Assembly (NCBI GenBank): GCA_027343225.1
Contig: DAHWMK010000022.1
Location: forward strand, 6,849 to 70,848
DNA from: Thermoplasmatales archaeon
GTDB taxonomy: Archaea; Thermoplasmatota; Thermoplasmata; Thermoplasmatales; GCA-001856825
Direction of reading: 5' to 3'
Length of the DNA stretch: 64,000 bases
Below, piece after piece: positions 39,442-47,038 of the stretch. Made by a program: the position numbers and the translations under genes. Under the pieces are notes generated by a model. It was not told the DNA's origin. It was given only the letters and a program-made list of their open reading frames with translations, and did not search any database. The number at the start of each line of letters is the position of its first letter. The first letter of the stretch is position 1.

Positions 39442-40526
39442 TTCAGATTCTCCTCCAAGAACTCGCCTAACTCTTTCACACGAACGTTAACTCCATTGGT
39501 CTTCGCACTGTCTAAGAGGTTCATGTTGCATATCGGACATGCGGTTATCACTGTCTCTGCGCCTGTATCCCTGGCCTGTTCAATTCTGAAATCGGAGAGT
39601 CTTTTTCCCTCAAAGTCTACGAACATTCTGTCTCCGCCCCCTCCACAACAGAGACTATCTTTTCCAGAAGATGCCATTTCCCTTACCTCTATTTCTGGGA
39701 AAAGGCTAAACATCTCCCTCAAGTTGTCGGGCCCGTCGCCATACCTGCTTAGGTAGCACGGATCGTGAATTGTGATTTTCCCGCGAGCTTCCTTCTGGAG
39801 ATTCACTTTACCGTCTTGCAGAAGTGAATTTAGGAATTCCGAGTAGTGTATTACATTCAGCTTCAACCCACTCTTCTTATAGATGGTATTGAACATATTC
39901 CCACAGTGCGGGGAGAACGCGACTATAGTCTTTGCCCCGGTCTTTTCGAACTGTGCTATATTGTCGCTCACCAGATCTTCGAGAAAGTATCTTTCACCAG
40001 CATTCCTCACTGGCTCTCCACAACATCTCTCTTCATTACCCAAGATTCCAAAATTGATTCCGGCTTTTTTCATGACATCAGCCAGGCCCCTTAGCGATTT
40101 GTGAAGATTCTTGTTATAGGCTGCGTCGCATCCAACGTATAGAAGTACATCGGTTCCCTCCTTGGCATCCTTGATGTTGAGTCCTTCAGCCCATTTCGAT
40201 CTGTCTATCTTTTTTCCGCCCCATGGGTTTCCATTTTCGTATATATCCCACAGAAGCTTGACTATCTTGTCTGGGGCTCTTCTCTCTTCGAGTTCGAGTT
40301 GTCTGAGGCCCGTAATCACGTTCACTATCTCTACCTGTCGCGGACAGGACTTTTCGCAGAGTTTGCAAGTAGAACAGTTCCATACGGTCTCGGAGATATC
40401 TAGACCTATTTGGGCTCTTCGGATCAGGTTCCTTACATCTAAGTCCTCTTCTCCCATGTAACCGAGCGGACAGGTCGCAGTACAAACACCACACTGAAAG
40501 CACTCGTTTCCGTCGAATCCTGTCAA
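39438..40526 (-). CDS. HdrD-like soluble iron-sulfur oxidoreductase: 2x[4Fe-4S] ferredoxin motifs plus two CCG (HdrB-type) domains
   Basis: CFQCGVCTATCP and CSTCKLCEKSCP ferredoxin motifs are present. The first CCG domain (VGC...RCCGEP...SPHC) has only 4 Cys. The second (HDPC...LCCGGGG...ACPIC) has the full C/CCG/CxxC pattern. No TM segments. Confidence 0.85.
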   Translation of the reverse strand: MTGFDGNECFQCGVCTATCPLGYMGEEDLDVRNLIRRAQIGLDISETVWNCSTCKLCEKSCPRQVEIVNVITGLRQLELEERRAPDKIVKLLWDIYENGNPWGGKKIDRSKWAEGLNIKDAKEGTDVLLYVGCDAAYNKNLHKSLRGLADVMKKAGINFGILGNEERCCGEPVRNAGERYFLEDLVSDNIAQFEKTGAKTIVAFSPHCGNMFNTIYKKSGLKLNVIHYSEFLNSLLQDGKVNLQKEARGKITIHDPCYLSRYGDGPDNLREMFSLFPEIEVREMASSGKDSLCCGGGGDRMFVDFEGKRLSDFRIEQARDTGAETVITACPICNMNLLDSAKTNGVNVRVKELGEFLEENLK

Positions 40527-40561
40527 GTTGGTAACCTTCTCCCACCGGAGATCATCGACCT

Positions 40562-43500
40562 CTAGCGTTTTACCACCCCCTTCAGCTTCGATTCAGTGCT
40601 AAAAATTTCATCCCTCGATAGGGATTTGATCAATGCATCCATCTCTCTGATCTTTGAAGCAAACCTGTTGCCTTCTGCTGCGCTGACCCACCATAACTGC
40701 AATCTATCCGGGTTGACTTTCTTCGCTTCTAGGAAGTGCCTCCACCTTTCAACTCTCTTTTCCGTGTACTCGTTTGCGTCAATGTAGTGGCAGTCGTTTA
40801 TGTGACAGCCGGTGACGAGTACGGCCCCCGGGTTCCTGCTGAAAGCATACATGACCAACTTTTGAGATATTCTGCTTGAGCACATGGTCCTGATAACACG
40901 TGCGCTCGGAGGATATTGGATTTTTGAAATTCCTGCTTGATCTGCCCCAGCGTAGGAACACCAGTTGCAAGCAAAGACAACCAACTTCTCCTCGGGTTTT
41001 TCAGCGGTTGCGGCATCTATCTGTGTCATAATTTCAGTGTCTGTGAAATTAGGCATAGTGATGGCCCCTTCTATATTGCACTCCGCTACACAATTTCCAC
41101 ATCCCATGCATGCTGCGGGAACTAGATTTATCCACTTCCCCCTCTCTCCCTTAATCGCTCCATATGGGCAGACTTCGGCGCATCTAAGGCACTTCACGCA
41201 CTTTTTCTCGTCTATCTGTGGTATTATGGGTTCCTTGTTTATTTTACCACTAAACAGAAGTTTCGCTGCCTTGGCGGCGGTCGCATATCCCTGCGCTATG
41301 GACTCCTTCACACCTTTCGGTCCCTGAACAGTCCCGGCAAGGAATACCCCTTGGACGGCAGCCTCTACGGGCCCGAGTTTGGGGTGGACTTCCAGTAAAA
41401 ACCCTTCGCTATCTCTCGAGAGTTTTAGTTGAGTGAATATCTCCTCATCCTTTGGTTTCAGTCCAATGTTCAGCACAAGATGATCGACCGGCGCCTTCAT
41501 CTTTGCGGAAGACAGATGATCCAAGAAGGTCAGCGAAGAACCGTCAAATTCCAGAGCTTCATTTGGTAATTTGGAGGGATCGTATCTGAAGAATTGAACA
41601 CCCTTCTCTCCAGCCTTTCTGTATAGTTCCTCCGCATTTCTCTCGTATGCCCTAATGTCTTTGTAAAACACCCGGACGATCTTTCCCTTTTCCTTCAAAC
41701 TAATCGCCTGTTGGAGCATGGTAGAACAGCAGAATCTCGAACAACCTCTCTCTCCGTTTCTAGAGCCTACGCATGAAATCATGGCATATTTGTCACCCTC
41801 TATCTTCGAGTAGTTCTTCTCTAGGTCGAGAGAAGTTATCACCTCCGGGACCTCTCCATACTTGAATTCAGTTGGCTGGTATGGATCCGCTCCTGTAGCA
41901 AGGATGATCGCACCTGCATCAATTTTCTCCCCATCTGAAAGTTTGCACGAGAAGTTCCCTACAAAACCTGTTATTTCATCTACCCTTGTGGAGGTGTGAA
42001 CGATTGCACCAGATTTCTGCAATCCTTCCTTCAATTTCTGAAGGGTATTACCGGCACTCTCTAGTTCAGGAGAAATGATGTCTATCGAATTCAGGAGGCC
42101 TCCCAACTTCTCTTCTTTTTCAACCAAGTGGACCTCAATTCCCATTCTAGAGAGGGAAGAGGCAGCCGCAATTCCTGCAGGTCCTCCGCCTATGACGATG
42201 CCAGTTCTGATTACGGGAAACTCGATGTCCTCAAGTGGAGTGAGCAGCCTTGCCTTTGAAACTGCCATGTTCACTATGTCCACCGCCTTTTCAGTTGCTG
42301 GAACTTTCTCCTTTTTGTGGACCCACGAGTCCATGTTTCTAACATTGGCCATCTCAAATAGATATGGGTTCAACCCAGCTCTGGAACACACTCTCTGGAA
42401 TGTCACACCGTGCGTCTTGGGAGAACAGGCCCCAACGACAAGCCTGTTCAGTTTCTTCTCTATTATCTTCTCCTTTATAGAATCCTGTGTGCTCCCAGCA
42501 CAGGTGTATTTATTCTCCTCCACATAAACCACGTTGGGCATTGCCCTAATCTCGTCCGCAACCCTCTTGACGTCAACGACTCCAGCAATGTTGGACCCGC
42601 AGTCGCACAGGAAAACACCAATTCTCGGGTCCCCAGAGACGTCCAGGGGAGGGGGCAGGGGCTCCTCTATCCATTCTCTCTTTTTCACGTATCTCAGGGC
42701 CTGGGCCGTTGCAGCAGACGCTTCGGTCACGCTATCCGGGATGTCCTTGGGCCCGGAGGCGCATCCAGCAACGAAGATTCCATTTCTCGTCGTAGAAACC
42801 GGGTCCTCGAGTCTGTTCTTGAAGAATCCGTCCTCAGAAAGTTCAATTCCAAGTGTCTTCGCGAGCTTTGGAGTACCCTTTGAGGGAATGGAAGCGGTTG
42901 CAAGAACAACCATTCCGTACTCTTCCTCCATGATCGAACCGTCATTAGTTGCATACCTTACGGATATGTTGTCGCCGCTCCTCTTCACCGATGCGGGTCT
43001 TGATCTTATGTATCGAACGTCCTTCTGAGACCTAGAGTAAAGTTCGTCGAATCCCTTTCCGTAGGCACGTATGTCCATGTAAAGCACAGTCACGTTCTTT
43101 ATTCCGTGGTCGACCAGCTGGGTTGCCTCCTTTATTGAGTACATGCAGCACGTCCTCGAACAATAGGGGACAAACCTGGTGTCACGAGATCCAGCGCAGA
43201 GAACGAACAATACGCTATCCGGATGCTTTCCGTTTGATGGTTTTATAACCTCTCCGTCGGTTGGTCCAGCTGCATTTATGAGTCTTTCCAGTTCATATGA
43301 CGTGAGAATGTCCGGATCGGAAGAATATCCGAATTCGTCAAGAAGTGATGCATTGAACAGGTCAAAGCCTGTTGCCACTATTATGGAGGCGACGTTTTCA
43401 GTTATCACGTTGGGTTTCATGTTAAAGTCTATAGCATCTGGTCCGCAAGCGTCTGTGCATCGTCCGCAAGGAAGATAGTTCGGAGGATCGTTCAGGCAAC

Positions 43501-43948
43501 TCTCTATATCTATGACGTAAGGTCCAGGCTCCGCCTGGGGAAATGGAGTATATATTGCCTTTCTTGCTCCAACTCCGGCATCAAACTCGTTCTTTCGAAT
43601 CTGGGGACATGCCTGAGTGCACAGATCACACCTGGTGCATGCATCTGTAACAAACCTCGGCTTCTGATTTATTGTCACCTGGAAATTGCCCTCCTCCCCC
43701 TTCACCTCAGTGACCTCTGCCAGAGTGAGCACCTTGATGTTTGGATTGTGGGTCACGTCACTCATCTTGGGGGCTTCAATGCATATAGAACAATCAAATG
43801 TCGGAAAATTCTTGTCTAATGCAGCCATCTTACCGCCGATGGACGCAGTCTTCTCCACCAGCAATACTTCTGCCCCTGCCTCGGCTAGGTCAAGAGATGC
43901 CTGAATACCCGCTATTCCTCCTCCTATGATCAGTACCTTATCTGCCAT
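40562..43948 (-). CDS. Tandem HdrA-like flavoprotein fused to a 2x[4Fe-4S] ferredoxin and an MvhD/FlpD domain (1128 aa from ATG 43948; 1138 aa from TTG 43978)
   Basis: Numbering is from the TTG start.
- Module 1: GGGIAGIQASLDLA (aa 19-32), inserted ferredoxin CTRCDLCTQACP / CGRCTDAC, and HdrA motif CAGSRDTRFVPYCSRTCC (aa 261-278).
- Linker: HdrA C-terminal-type region IGVFLCDCGSNI...VVGACSPKTH...ANVRNMDSWVH.
- Module 2: GGGPAGIAAASSL (aa 597-609) and variant motif CVGSRNGERGCSRFCC (aa 736-751).
- Ferredoxin: CVKCLRCAEVCP / CMGCGNCVAEC (aa 927-967).
- MvhD-like: VVFACNWCSYAGAD...VLVTGCHINDCHY (aa 1000-1065).

ATG 43948 is preferred because a GAGGGGG stretch precedes it. Confidence 0.85.
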   Translation of the reverse strand: MADKVLIIGGGIAGIQASLDLAEAGAEVLLVEKTASIGGKMAALDKNFPTFDCSICIEAPKMSDVTHNPNIKVLTLAEVTEVKGEEGNFQVTINQKPRFVTDACTRCDLCTQACPQIRKNEFDAGVGARKAIYTPFPQAEPGPYVIDIESCLNDPPNYLPCGRCTDACGPDAIDFNMKPNVITENVASIIVATGFDLFNASLLDEFGYSSDPDILTSYELERLINAAGPTDGEVIKPSNGKHPDSVLFVLCAGSRDTRFVPYCSRTCCMYSIKEATQLVDHGIKNVTVLYMDIRAYGKGFDELYSRSQKDVRYIRSRPASVKRSGDNISVRYATNDGSIMEEEYGMVVLATASIPSKGTPKLAKTLGIELSEDGFFKNRLEDPVSTTRNGIFVAGCASGPKDIPDSVTEASAATAQALRYVKKREWIEEPLPPPLDVSGDPRIGVFLCDCGSNIAGVVDVKRVADEIRAMPNVVYVEENKYTCAGSTQDSIKEKIIEKKLNRLVVGACSPKTHGVTFQRVCSRAGLNPYLFEMANVRNMDSWVHKKEKVPATEKAVDIVNMAVSKARLLTPLEDIEFPVIRTGIVIGGGPAGIAAASSLSRMGIEVHLVEKEEKLGGLLNSIDIISPELESAGNTLQKLKEGLQKSGAIVHTSTRVDEITGFVGNFSCKLSDGEKIDAGAIILATGADPYQPTEFKYGEVPEVITSLDLEKNYSKIEGDKYAMISCVGSRNGERGCSRFCCSTMLQQAISLKEKGKIVRVFYKDIRAYERNAEELYRKAGEKGVQFFRYDPSKLPNEALEFDGSSLTFLDHLSSAKMKAPVDHLVLNIGLKPKDEEIFTQLKLSRDSEGFLLEVHPKLGPVEAAVQGVFLAGTVQGPKGVKESIAQGYATAAKAAKLLFSGKINKEPIIPQIDEKKCVKCLRCAEVCPYGAIKGERGKWINLVPAACMGCGNCVAECNIEGAITMPNFTDTEIMTQIDAATAEKPEEKLVVFACNWCSYAGADQAGISKIQYPPSARVIRTMCSSRISQKLVMYAFSRNPGAVLVTGCHINDCHYIDANEYTEKRVERWRHFLEAKKVNPDRLQLWWVSAAEGNRFASKIREMDALIKSLSRDEIFSTESKLKGVVKR

Positions 43949-44471
43949 ACTTGACCCCCTCGTCGTACCCGCGTTCAAAACAAGCTATGTTCGCATCCAC
44001 ATACTTGGGGAATCTTTTCGTTATTGCCCTTCTCCCAGACTCCGCAGAAAAAGTCTTTGTAAATCCAGAAAAAGCCCCCATCAGTACAATGTTTGCTCCC
44101 TTGGGGTTCTTCAAGGACTTTGAAATCTCTATTCCACTGATCTCTATGCTTCTTGTTCTCATGTTTTCAGGGACCGTCACCAGACTCTTTTCTGTTAGTA
44201 CCATTGACTTGGAGTTCAAGTCCTTCAAGGTGGTGTCCAATCCCTCTTGTGAAAGAGTTACAAGATAATTGAGTTCTTCAGGAAGCGGATAATCTATCAC
44301 CTCATCACTTATGACCAGATCAGCCTTGGACCATCCTCCAGTGACGTAAGGGCTGTATTCTTCGGTCATGATGACGAATTTTCCATCCTCCAGAGCAGCC
44401 TCTCCAACCAGTTTTGCAAGGGTTATTATCCCTTGGCCTCCCATTCCGTACATCCTGATCCCGAGCTTCAT
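43938..44471 (-). CDS. 2-oxoacid:ferredoxin oxidoreductase, gamma subunit
   Basis: 177 aa. The GMGGQGIITLAKLVGEAA motif is typical of OFOR gamma subunits. 4-nt overlap with the beta gene. Confidence 0.88.
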   Translation of the reverse strand: MKLGIRMYGMGGQGIITLAKLVGEAALEDGKFVIMTEEYSPYVTGGWSKADLVISDEVIDYPLPEELNYLVTLSQEGLDTTLKDLNSKSMVLTEKSLVTVPENMRTRSIEISGIEISKSLKNPKGANIVLMGAFSGFTKTFSAESGRRAITKRFPKYVDANIACFERGYDEGVKYGR

Positions 44472-45310
44472 TTCACTGCCCCCATTGCTTTCTTTATGAG
44501 TTCATTTTCTAGCATTATGTAGGATGGTCTCTTCCTATCAACAAAATCTCCTAGAACGACCGGTTTCCCGTGAAATGGATCGATCGATACATCCTCAAGC
44601 CTGGCATCGTTCTGTACGGTTGATTTGGTACGGTAGAATTCCATCTCTTCCAAGCCATCCGCAAATCCGTTGAATTTGCCAAAATTCGGAGGGCACGGGG
44701 AGAGTACTTCGATAAAGGCAAACCCCTTCGTCTCCATCGCCTTTTTGATGGATTTTGCCAGCTGTCTGGGATGCATTACCGTCCATCTGGAGACGTAAGA
44801 AGCACCAAGGGCAGACGCTAGATAGGGGAGGTTGAACGTTGGTTCCACATTGCCATATGGCGTGGAAGCTGACTTTGAAGTGAGTGGTGTTGTTGAACCG
44901 TGCTGTCCACCGGTCATTCCGTAATTGAAGTTGTTTGAACAGATCACCACTAGGTCCATGTTTCTCCTTGCGGCGTGAATAAAATGATTACCTCCTATGT
45001 TGAAGAGGTCACCATCACCGCTTATTACCGTCACCTTCAGCTCCGGGTTAGCAATCTTCATCCCAGTTGCAAAGGGTATAGCCCTCCCGTGGGTGGTGTG
45101 ATATGAATCAAATTTTGCATAACCCGGAAGTCGGGCTGTACACCCGATACCTGAGACGAGGACGTGTTGTTCGGTTGGTATCCCAGATTTTTCAACCGCA
45201 TTCAGGTAACTCTGCAAAAGTATACCTAGTCCGCAACCCGGACACCAAACATTCGGAAATCTCTCTTCCCTGATTAGAGAATGTTTTGGGTGGAATTCTT
45301 CAGTGGTCAT
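44468..45310 (-). CDS. 2-oxoacid:ferredoxin oxidoreductase, beta (TPP-binding) subunit
   Basis: WCPGCGLG..., GIGCT..., TPP motif ISGDGDLFNIGGNHFIHAARRNMDL...NNFNYGMTGGQ. Confidence 0.92.
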   Translation of the reverse strand: MTTEEFHPKHSLIREERFPNVWCPGCGLGILLQSYLNAVEKSGIPTEQHVLVSGIGCTARLPGYAKFDSYHTTHGRAIPFATGMKIANPELKVTVISGDGDLFNIGGNHFIHAARRNMDLVVICSNNFNYGMTGGQHGSTTPLTSKSASTPYGNVEPTFNLPYLASALGASYVSRWTVMHPRQLAKSIKKAMETKGFAFIEVLSPCPPNFGKFNGFADGLEEMEFYRTKSTVQNDARLEDVSIDPFHGKPVVLGDFVDRKRPSYIMLENELIKKAMGAVK

Positions 45311-46443
45311 CTGAATGCCTCCTTGATTGCATTAAGGATGACGCTGTAGTCTGGAATCGCTCCCGGTGGAAAATGGATCTCCTTGGTTTCTGATTTGCTG
45401 TACTCTCTTATTGGATGTGAATACTGACCGTAGTTGATCTCCGGAACGATAAACTGCTTGGCCTCTGTGCTGATTTGTTCGATCCTTTTCTGCGGGAAGG
45501 GCCACAGAGTTATCGGTCTGAAAAGACCCACTTTGAGTCCTCTCTTCCTGGCGATTCTGACGGCCTGCTTTGCTGCTCTGGAAGTTATTCCATAAGCGAC
45601 CACGACTACTTCTGCATCCTGCAGGAAAAATTCCTCATATCTCACTATTTTTTCTTCGTTCTTTTTCACTTTCCCCATTAGATGCTCTAGCATCTCTCTC
45701 TCAACGGAAGACTCATTGGAAGGATACCCTCTCTCGTCGTGAGTCAGGCTATCAACATTTCCTCTGAATCCTTGACCTGCGACAAACATTGGTATGTAAT
45801 CATCAGTATAACTGAAAACTCTGCTCTCATCATCGCTTCTCCTCGTTAACCTCTGAACGACTTCATATTCCTCGGGTGCCTTCACATCCAGTACTTCAGA
45901 GAGATGTCCCACGACTTGATCAGAGGCTATTATGACTGGTTGCCTGTATCTTTCAGCTGAATTGAATGCCTCTATTGCAAGGTCGAAGGATTCCTGTACG
46001 CTGTTTGGCGCATACGTTATCGGTGCCAGATCCCCATGGGATCCATATCGCGTCTGCATTACGTCTCCCTGACCAACCCTGGTAGGAATACCAGTAGAAG
46101 GGCCCGCTCTCATCTCATCCAGGATGACGGTTGGTGTTTCAGTGATGATTCCTAAACCGATGTTCTCCTGCATAAGTGAAAACCCTGGTCCGGAAGTGGC
46201 GGTCATGCTCTTTGCTCCTGCATTGGAAGCTCCGATTATAGCGGCCATGCTTCCTATCTCGTCTTCCATCTCGATAAAGTGTCCGCCTAGTTTTGGTAGA
46301 CGTTCACTCATCCTTTCAAGAACCTCACTGGAAGGAGTTATCGGATAACCAGCAAAGAATCTGCAGCCAGCCATTAGAGCTCCCTCGGTAACTGCCAAGT
46401 TTCCGTCCGCAAAGTACCTTCCCGGCTCTAACAATGCTGTCAA
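45307..46443 (-). CDS. 2-oxoacid:ferredoxin oxidoreductase, alpha subunit
   Basis: GNLAVTEGALMAGCRFFAGYPITPSSEV...TATSGPGFSLMQE is the canonical OFOR alpha N-terminus. 378 aa. Confidence 0.92.
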   Translation of the reverse strand: MTALLEPGRYFADGNLAVTEGALMAGCRFFAGYPITPSSEVLERMSERLPKLGGHFIEMEDEIGSMAAIIGASNAGAKSMTATSGPGFSLMQENIGLGIITETPTVILDEMRAGPSTGIPTRVGQGDVMQTRYGSHGDLAPITYAPNSVQESFDLAIEAFNSAERYRQPVIIASDQVVGHLSEVLDVKAPEEYEVVQRLTRRSDDESRVFSYTDDYIPMFVAGQGFRGNVDSLTHDERGYPSNESSVEREMLEHLMGKVKKNEEKIVRYEEFFLQDAEVVVVAYGITSRAAKQAVRIARKRGLKVGLFRPITLWPFPQKRIEQISTEAKQFIVPEINYGQYSHPIREYSKSETKEIHFPPGAIPDYSVILNAIKEAFR

Positions 46444-46748
46444 GTCGGTACCTCCCTCACATAAATTGCAAAGTCAGGACAGATCGTTTGACACATTCCG
46501 CAGGCAACGCATGAATCTTCCTTCCCGGCTCTAACCCTTACTGGGTGATAACCGTGACTGTTCACAGTAGGAGACCTTTCAAGAACATCGTTTGGACAAT
46601 AGTTGGTGCAGTAGTTACACTCCTTGCACCTCTCCGGAATTATGTGCACCTCCCCCTTAGGTTTGGTGAGTCTGTCGGAATTAACCGGCTCTCTCCAAAT
46701 CTCCTTTTGGTCATCAGAAATCTTAGGCTCTTTCAACATAACATGCAC
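46440..46748 (-). CDS. 2-oxoacid:ferredoxin oxidoreductase, delta subunit (2x[4Fe-4S] ferredoxin-like)
   Basis: CKECNYCTNYCP and CVACGMCQTICP motifs. 102 aa. 4-nt overlap with the alpha gene. Confidence 0.88.
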   Translation of the reverse strand: MHVMLKEPKISDDQKEIWREPVNSDRLTKPKGEVHIIPERCKECNYCTNYCPNDVLERSPTVNSHGYHPVRVRAGKEDSCVACGMCQTICPDFAIYVREVPT

Positions 46749-46775
46749 TATTAAACAATAACATCATTCTGAAAT

Positions 46776-46785
46776 CTCTATAAAT
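46776..46785 (-). promoter_or_regulatory. Candidate TATA box (minus strand ATTTATAGAG) for the OFOR-Hdr-Etf cluster
   Basis: AT-rich box 28-37 nt upstream of the delta-subunit ATG at 46748, preceded by a 180-nt non-coding gap. Confidence 0.4.
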
Positions 46786-46931
46786 CAATTGCGTTTAGCA
46801 AGCCTTAATAATTCAGGTTTGCTAAGCTTTTTGGAGGACGCAATTTATGCCTGTATGAATGGTTCCTAATGTCACCAATTCCTCTATCACGCGAATCCTC
46901 ATATCCACTAATAGAAATACTGGAAGGGAAG

Positions 46932-47016
46932 TGCGGAGGGCCGGATTTGAACCGGCGAATCCCTATGGAAACAGATCTTGAGTCTGTCGCCTTTGGCCAA
47001 GCTCGGCAACCTCCGC
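46932..47016 (-). tRNA. tRNA-Leu (anticodon CAA), class II with long variable arm
   Basis: Read by hand on the minus strand. Acceptor GCGGAGG/CCTCCGC with discriminator A. Anticodon arm ACAGA-CTCAAGA-TCTGT. Long variable arm TTCCATAGGGATTC. T arm GCCGG-TTCAAAT-CCGGC. Confidence 0.9.
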
Positions 47017-47038
47017 TGCAGGGAGAATTGATGGGACC

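Noticed and set aside
40596-43904. Numerous 60-164-aa plus-strand ORFs inside the HdrA-like gene (e.g. 42075..42527, 42410..42883, 42534..43028, 40965..41327)
   Set aside because: These are antisense shadow ORFs of a long, strongly coding minus-strand gene. Their translations are Ser/Pro/Leu-rich and have no domain signatures.
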